35,091 nucleotides of DNA from Catajapyx aquilonaris (GCA_000934665.2 JYFJ02004079.1:1-35091); one strand, 5' to 3'; shown: positions 1 to 12,414, numbered from the stretch's first letter. Translations and numbers: made by a program. The notes: a model not told the origin generated them from the letters alone.

Positions 1-449
1 TTAAAATTGACGAAGTTTTAAACCCTGTGTCGAGCTAGCTCAAATTTTTGAACCAAAATTGTAATATACACCCATATTATCATTCTGTGTTTTTTTTTAA
101 ACGTGCGACTTAACCGTAAGTTGTTCCAGGAAAATGTTGCGATAAAGCTACTGCTGAGAAACTATGCTGAAAGTGGTGTAAAGAGCCAGGAGGTATCGCG
201 AACTTTTGGCGATGTTGTTTTCGGGGCCCAGATTCACCTCAGCTCTTCCACCATTTGCTGCTTACATAAACAACTTTTATTAGAACAGGTTTCACAGGGT
301 AACAGCTTCCTCTTCGTCTCTCACTCCCTCTCTCGGGGGTTGCCTTTCCGGGGATATATTTTTTTAGCACCTTTTATGAGAGTTATTTATATCCACCCTG
401 GACGGCTCTTAAGGGGATTCAGAAGTTAAGTTCATTCTGTAGCCATATA

Positions 450-849
450 CAGGGTGTTCCACAACACGAGTAGTCAGCGAGATCTCTAAGCAGTTAATTT
501 TATTGGTCATCAAACATATTAGCCGCAGTCATTACCTGCATTGAATATTGCTGCACTGCACTGCAGAGAAATGTAGCTTTTTTTAAAAAATGGGGCAAAC
601 GTTTGACATATCATGCGAACCGTTTAGTGTGGATCACAATGGTTAAAAATACAAAATTAATAGCAATTTGTGGTTGACGTTTTTAAGCAATTAGTTTCTG
701 ATAGCCCATGAAATTAACTCATTAAGTGTGGCACATAAAAATCTTCGCCTGAGACTGTATTTGCTTTTCCTGTTACTGGCAGAGAATATTGCCTCCACAT
801 TCTCAAAAGAACTGCTTATTTCACTGCTCAATGCACCTGGTTCACCCTG
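450..849. mobile_element. Putative non-autonomous Tc1/mariner-type MITE (~400 bp)
   Basis: Left end TA|CAGGGTGTTCCA (TA 448-449). Right end TGGTTCACCCTG|TA (TA 850-851), reverse complement CAGGGTGAACCA, 10/12 match. CAGGGTG ends with flanking TA are typical of Tc1/mariner. No coding capacity inside. Confidence 0.45.
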
Positions 850-2939
850 TACATGAAGAAGCCAGAGAGCATTGAAATCCAACGTTACTGTTAGACTACG
901 CTTTTGAGTGATGGATTATGTTGGTATAACACTGCCCTGGCCGGTGGCTTTTGTTGAGCGCATTGTGTGGAATACAATCATGCACGCGTTATTAAAGTGC
1001 AGTGAACAGCAGGGGGGAGTTTAAACCAGTTTAATATGGGCTCTGTGGGGACCCAATTACGATGGATTACAGTGCAAGTTACTTTATTAGGTTGGGAGAA
1101 CTATATGGAAATGTGGCAGCAGATGCTGGGAGTGACGTCAGGTGCGCAAAAAACTACTGCGCGTAGACACCTTTTTGTGCTGGGATCAGGTTTGATTCGG
1201 ACTGGAGATATGACCTTTCCTCATTGATTTTATCCCTTTTTTTTGGATAAATTTCTGTCCAGTTGTTAACTGACATCGAAATGTTGGGCAATGTTACAAA
1301 TTGGGTTGGACTCTTCCGGGTGTATAAATGTATAAATTGATTTCCGGGCTGGCGAACCCCGGGATCTAGGTAAATATTTAATGAGCCCCACGCACGTCCA
1401 GGATGCAAATTTCACTCCGGGTCATCCAGGTGGTCACGACCTGATCAATTTTTCAAAGGCCCCCATCCCCCCCCCCCACCTCCCTTTGATTGAGAATCGG
1501 CCTCAAAAAACCTGCTGCATTCATATTCACACACGTTACTATGCAACAGGCATTAACTCATGAATTTTTAAAAGCAACTTACGTTTGATCATGCCAACGT
1601 GGCCACCAAATTTTTGGGTAAAGTTATATGAAACTTGTTGTTGTTGTAACTGTTTGATACCGACTCTTGCAGTTTGGGAGTTAACCGTGCAAGTTTGGAT
1701 CATTTTGTAGCCATAAAGAAGGGGCAGATTAAGTGGACTAGGGCCGATGAGTTATGATCCATCCGAGTGTGGCACGATGGCGGTTGGCATTCCGGCCACG
1801 TCTTCTCACCCGCGTCATCACCGAGTTTCGGAACATTATATCACGCTGCCCTCGTTCAAAGTGTTGCTGGAACATTTCCGGCTTGGAAAGAAGAAAAACT
1901 AAGGGGCAGGAAAGGTGGCAACCTCCGGGGCCAATAAGGCGGGGTCTAATTTAATCCAGGCCCCTTTGGCCCCTTCTCTTCTTCATCTGACCTGTGCAGG
2001 ATTGATTTAACAGGAGCGACCCTTTTTCTGCGGAAGAATAATCGACTATTAGTCTGCGATAGAAGCGGCCTATATAACTCAGCAGACTGAGAGGCTAGCT
2101 AGTGCCGCCGCTTTTCTCGTAATTATTGTTCCCCTATTCGGCCAATCTAGCAGCTTTTAATGAGCAATGATGCCCAGGAGCAGGGTCCTGAATCAGCGAT
2201 GTTGCCTGATGAGGCAGACTCCAGCAAAATGCCCTGAATTTAACGCCAATGTAGCAAGAGGCGGATTATTTAGTAGGTGGGGGAGATGATAATTATAATA
2301 ATTTTAAAAGGTCAGACAATAGTTTGTAGTTAGTTGGCAAATTCGGTTTTTGAATCACCTCATTCCAGGTTGCCTCCTGGCATTGGGTCCGAAATTGGGT
2401 GCCGTTAACTACTTTCATGGCAATTTGATTCCAGCGCACCCCCTTTGCTCCACCTACTAACCCAGCATCATGATCTGTTCATATCGTACACACCCAGGCT
2501 ATAGACGCTCAATTTTATCCTCAAAAAAAAAACTTATTTGATTTTCACTCTTCGGCAGCAGCAGAATCTACAAGAGTATGTATGGTACAGTACATTTATT
2601 ACCGATTCAGCTGGCAGTAATTTCCACTCCATTAAAAATACCGTCTGACGTGGGTCGCCTTTGAGCAGTACTGGCCCGTAATTAATCCTTCAACTTTTGA
2701 ATGAACAATGTCATACGCGCAATCCCTGCCAAGTCCGTTCTCTTGTTTCAAATTGGCCAGATTTCACGGTGCACATCCCTTCCTGGAATCCGACAGAGGG
2801 ATTTGTACTCGTACAGGAATCGGGCAAGTTAATTCTCCGGATTTCATTTGCATGCTGAAAAAAAAGGTCAATCCTTCGCCGCGACGCACAGGCACCAAAA
2901 AAAAAAGCCGCCTCGTCTTGCATGGAGATACAGATCATA

Positions 2940-3034
2940 CAGGGTGGCACACTGCTCAATCTACAAGTCTTTTTTTCTATTTGCACTGCATTGTCCTCAC
3001 GTCGAATTGTGGACTGGAGCAGTTCACCACCCTG
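2940..3034. mobile_element. Mini MITE-like hairpin element with ~30-bp imperfect terminal inverted repeats
   Basis: Left arm CAGGGTGGCACACTGCTCAATCTACAAGTC versus reverse complement of right arm CAGGGTGGTGAACTGCTCCAGTCCACAATTC. TA precedes the left end, but the right end is followed by TG, so the target-site duplication is imperfect. Confidence 0.5.
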
Positions 3035-5849
3035 TGTATATCTAGTGCACACAAGGCTGCAACTCGAGACAAATCGATTCTATTGGGGACTAGACAGTAT
3101 AACATTTCCTTTTCCCCCCTTCCACCTCTTAACTCCCACTGAGGAAAAGACCTCGGTAATGATGCACTGCCTGATAGGCTGTAATTCAGGGCTGAGACCC
3201 CCGAGATTTATCAAGGCGATGCATCGTAAGCGACTCTTAACGTATTAACTGCCTGCTCTCTTGTGTGTCTGTTATCGGGTAGACTGTTTTTAACTGATCG
3301 CAATCGATACTTTGTTTTCCTGGAGCGGCCTATATGTATATTCCGGGTTTTTTAAAATTATATCCTTTTTCCAATTTCCATTGCGGTACTTGTTCAATAG
3401 CATTCGAGCAGAGGGGGTTTATTTTTTTAAGCCTGAGCCACAGGAATGGTCCAACCACAGCAGGCCAGAAGCTGCAGTTAAATTCACGTTTCTGTATAAT
3501 TAGAATTTCTCAAAAAAAATCATCTGGAGGCTATTACCAGTCCTATTTCAGAAAGGAAACATTAAATAATTTTTGTATTGTTAAAGCTTTTTTATGATGT
3601 GCATATATAGTACTCTTTTATCAATAAACCTTCCGTACTGTGCACCACTCTTGGAAACATCTGAACATGTTGTTGTTACGACCTGGAACTATTTAATTTT
3701 TACGCCGGCAGTTTCGAGCCGGAAACAATATTTTAGCCTGCAAATAGTAAGTGCACGTAACCTATTTGGGGCGCCAAGTGGCCTGTTCAGACACTGTGGT
3801 TTCTGGTGGGAATTGGCATGCTTCAGGCTATTTCCAAGCCCGATACTTTAGAGCACGCACATACAAAATGACTGCTGGCCAAGTTCTAAAGTCAACATTT
3901 GCAAAAAATTTTACCGGCCTGGAAATTGCGACCTCAACGGTCCTAACTAAACATACCTCCATTTGAAAACAAGGTTTACACACAAAAAAAGGCCCAGGGA
4001 CGCACTAACAGTCGGTTGATTACACCTCGGGTTGCACCAACAACAAAAAGCTAAAGCTCTCCGTTAATTTAACCTCTGTACATATACGGACCTAATTAGC
4101 ACAAAGTGACTGTATATGCCTAGCAGTCGAACCAAGCTTAAAATTTTAACCTGGTTTTGACTAATTGCCTTTCATAAAAATTTATGCACAACTGGAATTT
4201 CCGGATTACTGCGTTTGTTAAGACTTGCGGAAGCGTGTGATTAAATGTTTTTTTACGAGCAGTACTGCTACCTGCTGAATCCGGGTTTGCAGGTGGAAAA
4301 CTACCCTCTTTTTTATTTTATCCGGAGTCCTTACAGAGCCCAACCGGGGGGGCCTTAATTGCACCGCAAATTGACCCAGCAGCCAATTCTGCAACGAGAA
4401 GGAAGGCGTAATGTTATCAGGCGCAAAACTTTTTCATTTGCACACACACTGGGATCGTAAAATAAAAGTAGTTTGCTGCCTGCCAACTGAATCAGTGGTC
4501 TCCGTAGGGATCAATTCCCGGAACCTGATTCTGCATCCGGTACACGGATCCGGAATAATAAGCGAGAAAAAGTTTCAGCAATTCGGTGATGAAAGAGTAA
4601 AGTCGGAATGAATCCTAGTTATCTCTCAAACATCAGGTGATGCACCAAGAGTAGTGCAAATAGTGACCTGATTACTCACACTTAAATAGGTCCATTGTGT
4701 CAGTTAAAAAGTTTTGTGCACAATTATTAAAAACATATTTTGAAACACAAAAATATCGGTTTTTTTCCATTGGAACCCTCGGGGCTTAAACCACTGAATT
4801 AGGTGAATCCACGCCTCAATTTTTTTTTATTTGCCAAATTCCTGTCGAAGATTTAATTTCTGAACCCGAAAGCGATTTAGAATACAGCACCTTGTTGACG
4901 CCATTTGATTAAGGTGACATTAGCATACCTTCAAGCCACGGTTGCCAAAACATCCCCACATCAAGAGTGAGTGAAAAAGTTTTTTTTTTTTTTTTTTGAA
5001 AAAAGAGAGGCCCGTTTTCTGCCAATAGTTTGCCTTTTGGATTTCCTCCACCCACCCCACCTCCACTTTTTTGTGCTCTAGAATGGTATTGATCAGCTGT
5101 GGTGGAGGTAGAGAAGGGGGGGCAATGTTTTATTGAGGAACCGGAGAGGAGACTTTGGCAACGTGGCTTCAGGGGCCGGGTATTGATCCCCATTGCCAGA
5201 CCCGGTCTTGCGTTGCTTCTGGCTCCCACCCGAAAATTCAGCATCCCATGGACGAGCCATGGGGGGGTTCATACTCCCCTCACATTCCCCCCCAAAAAAC
5301 ACTGTATCTCTGCTTTCCCCCCCAAAAAATACCTGCACCATTTTGGGGGAAACCCTGACGCCATTTTGGGCCCCGTTTTAATATCCGATGCATGATGACC
5401 CACCCAGCCAAAATGTCCTACAAAATATTGGGGCGCATGGCTGCTTCCATGCCAGGAAAAGAGAGGAAAAAATGGGCGTAAATCGATAGTGACGTAGGCT
5501 TCTCTCTCTCCATAGTACTATACTATGACCGCCGCCATTCACCCAGCAGCACAGGGAGGAATGGCCTGTGCTTGATGCTGGATCCGGAGGGAGAAAGTGA
5601 ATAATTGAGACAATAGACCGAATCGTTCAAACGGGGATTTCTCCGGAGAGGAATGTGTGGGGGCTGTCCCTCAAAATACGGGATTGTGATGGTTGTACAG
5701 TGGGAGGTAACACCTTCCGATTTAAATCCTAATAAATGCCAGCTGTTATAGGAGAGGAATCTCCAATGTGAGAGTTAGGACGTGTACGAAATTTGTAATA
5801 AACTTTTTAAAATGCCTTCCTGACAATTTTTCTTCTTTTGATTTTGCAG

Positions 5850-6002
5850 AAACAAGCGATGCTTGTCCGGCAGCTGGAGGAAGAGCTGCGGCTGCGCAGC
5901 ATGCGTAACCCGAGCATGGAGATGCAGCAGCAGATGGAGGCCTTGTATGCTGAGAATGAGCATCTCACCAGGGAGATAGCCATTCTCAGGGAGACCATCA
6001 AG
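5850..6002 (+). CDS. brp: Bruchpilot/ELKS-CAST internal exon (first in window), KQAMLVRQLEEELRLR...LRETIK, phase 0-0
   Basis: Acceptor ttttgcag|AAA with pyrimidine tract and donor AAG|gtgagt; 153 nt. Peptide closely resembles the CAST-homology region of Drosophila Brp as recalled (EMQQQMEAxYAENxHLxREIxILRETIK). Confidence 0.93.
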
Positions 6003-8057
6003 GTGAGTTCCATGAACCAAATAATAAAACAACTCCTTCGACGACGCTCGGTAACTAGTTTAAAAAAATCGTTGGGTCACAAAGTTGCAGGTATTTAAAA
6101 AAAATCAGTGATATGTAACTGCAAGTGTATCAAGGCACTTGCTTCATATATAAAATGCGACCTTCCTTATCTGGACCCATGTCATCTAGTTAAAAAGTGG
6201 GTTTCATAAAAGATGTGTGGGCGTGTATGAATGGGACGTATTCGTGAATGAGCTATATGCATGTGGGTGGGTGGAGGGGGGAGGGGAGGGAGCTGGAGAA
6301 GGGTGGTCTGCTCAACAGGTAGATACTGCCTCATACAGGTCCGAATTACTCATTTACGGATGGTGTGTCAGGTAGTACAGTACAGAGCCAGATTAACATG
6401 TGTTATCCTGGTTTATATGCAACCCAACAGGCAGATCATAACAACCGGGTGGCTTGGTTACCAGGGGCAAAGCTTGGCAATCTGTCCTTATATAATGTGT
6501 CTGGAGATTATTCGATTCTTCGACCATACATTGCAACAATATCTTGGGAAAATGGAAGTTTACGATCATCTACCAGAGTAAGGAGGCCTTCAACTAAAGC
6601 TGCCGCCAGGTTTTATTGTCCGCCATATGTTTGTGAATCATGTGCCTCTAGACAAGCTGTTGCAGCCTTGCGTCCTGTACATTTTTAGGTCCGTATACTA
6701 TCTGCTAATCACTGGTTTCAATAACAAGCATGATTACGCAAGAAGGGAAGTAACAAGCCTTCAAGCTATACTTTGTGACGAAAGTTGGCAACTCGTGCTG
6801 TTGGCCAAACGAACTGGAAATAAAACATGGATGTACGAGAGTAAAGACGGTTGTTTGCTCGCAATCCCCGCAGATATTATACAGACCAGTGGTATACCCA
6901 ACAGACGCACGTACTGTACGTAGCCTTGTAGCTACAATCCAATTAAAACACCCGGACAAAGTCTGGGCAGCACGCCCACTAAATCCCATCCGCATCTCCT
7001 AAAGCTCCGGGCCGTACATACCGAAAAACATCCCTTGTACTTACATCTTGATTACACGAAATGCAACCGCAAGAGCCGAAATGAGCGTAACACTAAGCCC
7101 GAAATCGCCTATGGGACGTCTAGTCCTTTATAGCACCGGAAGTGTGGCCATTGCTAGAACCAATCACAAAATGGTTGGATGTTATGTGCATGAAATACGA
7201 GTATAGAAGTGTCGTAGGCTGTATCCGCGACCTCACAACGAGTTTGACATTTCCAAATGACACCTGCACATACGAGTGATCTTCAGATGTTCATAAATTC
7301 ATACGAAATGTTTTAATCATTACGAAACCATCTTGTGTAAATATGCTGCACTTTTGACGTCATATCCGACTTATTCCTTGAACCTTCTTCTCAATTTGAT
7401 GCTCCCAAATGTACTTTTCGGACTGTGGGGCGCGCAGTAAATCCGGGAGAATTCGCGAGTGAGAGTTTGCGAACGAGAGAAAAAAAAAACGACGAATAAA
7501 AGTTTCTGTGCAGGAAGCGGGAAAGAGTTGGAAGTAATATTTACTGCCCAAGCAGAAAGGCATTCGGGCAAATCAAATGGCCTCTCGCAAAAGTTTTGTT
7601 CCTTGCGACGAGTTTCGCCTTATTTTCTTATTTTTTTTTTGCGGGTGTTATATCCGCAGTGTACCGAAGGTCACGGGTTTTGATGTGAAGTTGTTGAAAG
7701 ATAAACCAGACAGAATTGTTGGGGCTGTTCAGATAACATTATCTTCGTTGCAAAAGCGGGGCAAACCACAAATTGAAGGGGTGGAGGACATGTGTTATTA
7801 TTATTATTATTTAAATTGTCTTTTTCTGTGGGTTAATTTAGATTACGATGTGTGCATGTCCGGATCTACTAGTGTGTACAGTATATCCCACTGGAGCAAG
7901 TAAACTCGTGTGAATGACCCTACTGAAAGTTCCCTCAACGTCGTTTCTTGCCCCACACCGGAGCAAATCTTCTCATCTTGCTTTAGAAGAGCTTTGCTAA
8001 CACCAACCTCTTTTCTCTTCCTTTTTTTTTGGTGGGGAACGAAAAAAAAACACACAG

Positions 8058-8154
8058 GAACTGGAGCTCCGGATAGATACCCAGAAGCAGACCCTTCAGG
8101 CTCGAGACGAGAGCATCAAGAAGCTTCTGGAAATGCTGCAGAGCAAAGGAGTAG
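8058..8154 (+). CDS. brp: brp/ELKS exon ELELRIDTQKQTLQARDESIKKLLEMLQSKGV(G), phase 0-1
   Basis: cacacag|GAA ... GTAG|gtgagt; 97 nt. TQKQTL.ARDESIKKLLEMLQ.KG is a hallmark motif shared by ERC1/ERC2 and Brp. This frame is not in the ORF track. Confidence 0.95.
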
Positions 8155-9280
8155 GTGAGTGGCCCTCCGAGAGGGGTGATTTGTCCAGGCCTCTGCCCAA
8201 TCAGGTGCAACCCTCTGCTCTTTTTCCAGCCAGTGAAGGATGTTTACTCTCGCTCTCACTTGCGCATTGTCTCAATCACTACCCGCTGAGAGTAAAGAGA
8301 GCAAAAGTTTTAGGCGGGGGGGGCAAAAAAAAAATACCGCCAAATTTTTTAGCACGCGAATTTGCTCGCGGTATTTGTAGCTCTTGAGAAATCTAATAGG
8401 TGCCATAAGTTCTGAATGGGGAGGGGTCGGTGTCAGAGTTTTTTTTTTAAAGTAAGGGAAGCTTTATTTGATTATTGTCTGGATTTATGGCGAGCGATTC
8501 TTCCGGAGCAAAATTTAATGCTGATTAAATTTCTGGCGGGCGTTGTGTAATCGCCGGATGTTTGCAGTTTCCTGCTCTTTTATTCACTGGAGATGTCAAC
8601 AACATAATCCGCGTGTTTCCAGCTGTTGTTGTTTTCGTGGCCATGTTGGCAGCACCAATTTTTTTTGACCACTCAGTATACATTAAACAGGCTCTCTGCT
8701 GGACTATAGTGTCACGGCGGCTTTCAACCGTAAATAGTAAACAGTAAAAACCGTAAATTACAATTCCCACGTACAGTGTTTTGAATGCAAAATATTTTTG
8801 TATAGTAATCTTGCAACATAACCCTACACAGTATGAATGGAAATAACGTGGTCATTTATATGGCCACGAGTAAATTGGGCTCGGTGTGACCCAATCCGCT
8901 AATTGACTACTCGATCTGGTATTTCCAATACAGGCACAAAAAAAATAGATTCCAACATGCAGGAATTATGTTGATATTTTAGGAGTAGTGATGAGGCAAT
9001 GTTTACTCGGGATATGTAATGTTGCGTAATTTACAGAATTGCATGAAAACTGGTATGAAATACTTGAGGTAAAATCTTTGTACGTGACACTCATGCAGGC
9101 CACCTGTTTAATACTTATGACAGTGGGTTTTGCCCAGCATGGCACCAACAACGGCTGGTTTTCCCTTTTTTTTTGCATACATACAAATACATGTAGTGGT
9201 GGCTCGGTCTTATATTGATGGCCTCCTCCCACACCCCTCCACGCCGGCGTGTGTTACCTACAAGAGCCATTTCGTTCTAG

Positions 9281-9336
9281 GGAAAGAAGAAGAGCGGCAT
9301 ATGTTCCACCAAATGCAGGCCTTGGCCCAGAAACAG
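9281..9336 (+). CDS. brp: brp alternative exon A (Brp-type): (G)KEEERHMFHQMQALAQKQ, phase 1-0
   Basis: ttctag|GG ... CAG|gtgcat; 56 nt completes the phase-1 codon. Resembles Drosophila Brp KEEERQMFQQMQAMAQKQ as recalled. Confidence 0.88.
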
Positions 9337-9883
9337 GTGCATTCGTTTTCCTTAAACAAACTACCCCCCTCTAATTATTACTTGTATTTTTTTATTACCA
9401 ATTATTATGGACTTGTCACTTTTTATCATGCTTGCCTGACCAGTGTATTCTTTGCTCACCATAATGGTAGCCAGTCACTATTCTTCTTTTCTTATTTCGT
9501 CTGCAGTTTTTTGTGTTTTCTGACGGTGCAACATATGACATTAGCGCACCAGAGGAAACATGTCACTATGGCGTTCAATTTGACCATTGGTTTTTTGTGC
9601 TCCTGTCCACCCCACCGTCCTTTCCAGTTCCTCAAGTCGGGAATCGTGCCGTTAGCCAATAGGAACCGATAGATACACAGGTTAATATTACTTTCAAAAT
9701 CTAAATCAGAATGAAAGCAACACTTCTTCTGAGCACCAAGTGTAATTTCTTAAGAGCATGTGTCGGTACCTGCTGCGGCACACCCGACAGTGTACTTCCT
9801 ACATATGATTTTTTTTTTTGTTCCTGAAGGAGAGGCTGGGGGGCATCATACTCCTGCTGGAGTGACCCTCGGGTACATTTTGT

Positions 9884-9907
9884 ATGATGATGATGATGAT
9901 GATGATG
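9884..9907. repeat. (ATG)8 microsatellite with degenerate continuation
   Basis: atgatgatgatgatgatgatgatg read directly, about 100 nt upstream of the exon B acceptor. Confidence 0.9.
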
Positions 9908-10006
9908 TGTGATGATGGTGATTTGGGGGAGAGTCACCGCAGAGAAAAGAGGTCTCCTGAAGCTTCTCTGATGGAACGATTCCCCCATGGCCCTTATTAC
10001 TTATAG

Positions 10007-10140
10007 GTGGTAAAATGTCAAATGCGGACGCGGTGGAAATGGAGCGAATGCGAGCTAGGCTTGCGGAAAGCGAAACGCGAGTGCAGCTTCTCGAGCAAAC
10101 CTTGAAGATGCGGGAACAGGAGCTGACTAGGGTGAAGAAT
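10007..10140 (+). CDS. brp: brp/ELKS alternative exon B (ELKS-type): (G)GKMSNADAVEMERMRARLAESETRVQLLEQTLKMREQELTRVKN, phase 1-0
   Basis: ttatag|GT ... AAT|gtgagt; 134 nt, same phases as exon A. Coiled-coil peptide resembling ERC1 ERTRRLAEAEMHVHHLESLLEQKEKE as recalled. Confidence 0.8.
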
Positions 10141-10274
10141 GTGAGTAGGGGCCCTCCAAAACCCCCTCCAACACAATCTATATATTATCTTTTGTGCTGA
10201 TGGTGTCCCGTCGTCCGCTGGAACCCTGGGTAATTGGGACGTTCACACACTAAGCACATGTCCCGGGTGATTCA

Positions 10275-10562
10275 GTGGACTCGCGCAAGTTGCAACGGGC
10301 CATTTTAACCTAGCTCAGGCCCATGCCACGCTTGAGCAGACCTGAATCAGACTTGTGCGCATAGGCCCCCAAACTATAGGGAAGTACGCATGCGTCAAGC
10401 CATTAAGCAGGTTTCTGCGCATGCTCAGGCCCTGAAATGGGCTTATGCGCATGCGCAAGGCCTCACAGCGTGCTTGTGCGCATGCTCAGGGTGAAACTAG
10501 GTCTGTGCGCATGCGCAAGCCCCGGAGAAGGCATAATCAGTGTGTAAATTACGCGAGTCCAC
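10275..10562. mobile_element. MITE-like element: 20-bp imperfect TIRs enclosing a ~30-bp-period array of TGCGCATGCGCA-type palindromes
   Basis: GTGGACTCGCGCAAGTTGCA (10275-10294) versus TGTAAATTACGCGAGTCCAC (10543-10562), 17/20 inverted match. Internal cores start at about 10327, 10356, 10385, 10416, 10446, 10477 and 10506. Confidence 0.6.
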
Positions 10563-12033
10563 ATGAATTCTGTCCAACTTATGTCGGCAGACCCTATCCC
10601 GCGTGAAATGGCGTCAGGAAAAAAAGGCACTTTATCTCTTCTCCCTGAGGATCGATGGAGTGGCCGTCTCCTCAAGAGGGATGAGTGGAACATGAGGGGA
10701 GGGAACGGAGGAGGAAAAGTTGCGACTGAAAAACTTCTCAATTACTCGGGTTCCGATCACTGTCTTGTGCCTTTATTACCTTCCCCCATCGTAGTTTGGT
10801 TGCTTTCCACATTCTTTCCTGACTGTATATCTCTATATATACATTCTATCTCTCAAAAAAATTCCCTGCCATCATTTGTGGAGATTGAAAAATGGGTGCC
10901 TTCAGTGAGGTATGAGTTTGAATTTGAAACCGAAAAATTTTTGCGAAAAAAAAGTCGCTCCTTTTATTTTGGTGTACTATACTTTTTTTTCCTGCGATTT
11001 GGTTTAAAGTTGTTTTTTTCTTGCCGCCGTGCAATTAGGAGGTGTTTAGCAAGCCGTTTTTGCTCCACAACCTGTGACGATTGTGGTCTAAAAACGTTTG
11101 CCCCACAGACTCCATTTTGTACGCTGTTATGTTTTTGCACTTACTTTGCACTGGGTACATCCCATTTCAGTAGGGGGAGATGTAAAAAAAAAGAGTGTGC
11201 TTAGCGATCACTGCACATACACAAAATTGATCAGATCCCGAACCACGTAATCCCTGGCTGACAGAAACCACGCCCGCTTTCCACCTCCCCCAGATGACTA
11301 TTCACGTCAGACCGCACCACACCCCACATATCACACTGTCACTACCCCTCCGACCGACTCTATCGCAATGTCACTTCTCCTGCCAGCCTTTTACGTCACA
11401 TTCCTTCAACCTATGCTGTCAACCGCCCTTTGTTTTACTATCCAGGTCATTAATCTACAGGTTTTGTGCACTTGTAGCTATGGATGCGGTTGTTGATTAA
11501 TGATATTCCACATATTCAATATTATGTATACGTAATTGGTAAATTTTAATAGAAAGCCTTTCAATCAAGTTCGGTGTTGCAATTAACTGTTACATACACG
11601 TTTAAATTACATCAATTTAAGCTCCATGACGTAATGAACAGTGATTATGTTATGATTATATTATGAAGTGCTCTTTGAGCGTCACCTGTTCAATATCCAT
11701 ATTTTACTAATGGAGAGTGCCATTTATCTGGGTATCGCAAGTTTTTTAAGCTCATAGGAGTAATTCGGTGTAATTAAAATGAGCTCATGTCACTATAGAC
11801 AACATCGAATAAGTGGCAGCCAACCTTTCCTATCCACCTGATCTCCACATTATAACCTAGCACCAGCCAGGCACCCCCCCGCAGCGTGGCTACAATGTGT
11901 ACAGGTTTACTCACTTTGGTTAGCTTCTGGCCATTGATTCAGTTCGCCATTCTTTCTTTTTTCTTCCTTTTCTCGTCCCCTCTTACCACTATACATCCCG
12001 CCTCCTCCTTCCTCTGCCTCTTACCCAACACAG

Positions 12034-12414
12034 GAGCTGCGGGGTTCGCATGAGTCCTTGAAAGGCTTGCATCACCACATGGAGAGTATGATGGCAGTGG
12101 GGACTATCCCTGCTGCCAACAAGGCGTCGTCCCAGGTAAACGCGCTCCCCAACTCGGTTCTCAGCACCCTGGTGGAGACCAAAGACGCACGAATCGCCAC
12201 TTTGGAAAAGGAGATATGTCTGTTGGAGCAGGAGCTGAGCCGGGTTAGGGATTTAGGGGGTCCCATGTCCATTCTTCCTCATCACGGCTCCATGTTTGTC
12301 GGGGCCTCCTCCGCTGATCACTCCCTCACCTCCTTGATCTCCTGCACTTCCCCGCTCTCTGACCCGGACGCCTCCTACGGCTCCTTAGGCAAACCGGATA
12401 GGCTCAAGCAGCAA
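12034..12414 (+). CDS. brp: brp/ELKS alternative exon C (ELKS-type): ELRGSHESLK...VLSTLVETKDARIATLEKEICLLEQEL...DRLKQQ, phase 0-0
   Basis: Long pyrimidine tract then acacag|GAG, donor CAA|gtaagt; 381 nt open. Core resembles ERC1 LQTVIEMKDSKISSMERGLRDLEEEI as recalled, with Ser/Pro/His-rich flanks. Confidence 0.8.

Noticed and set aside
4909..5395. Cluster of overlapping short ORFs with G/C runs
   Set aside because: No coherent protein motif or splice-phase fit; probably low-complexity or decayed repeat sequence.
9628..9680. Possible extra exon (tttccag|FLKSGIVPLANRNR*...cag|gttaat) between exons A and B
   Set aside because: It has stops in both usable entry phases and no family similarity; the FLKS match to the C-terminal motif is probably chance. 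A poison exon cannot be excluded.
9701..9988. Minus-strand ORF with a poly-His run
   Set aside because: The His run is just the reverse complement of the (ATG)n microsatellite; nothing else suggests coding.
10327..10530. CRISPR-like array of palindromic repeats
   Set aside because: The period is only about 30 nt with no room for unique spacers, the repeats are degenerate, there are no cas genes, and the context is a eukaryotic intron.
10563..11204. 213-aa plus-strand ORF in an intron
   Set aside because: Low-complexity Phe/Lys-rich translation from homopolymer runs, with no homology or splice support.
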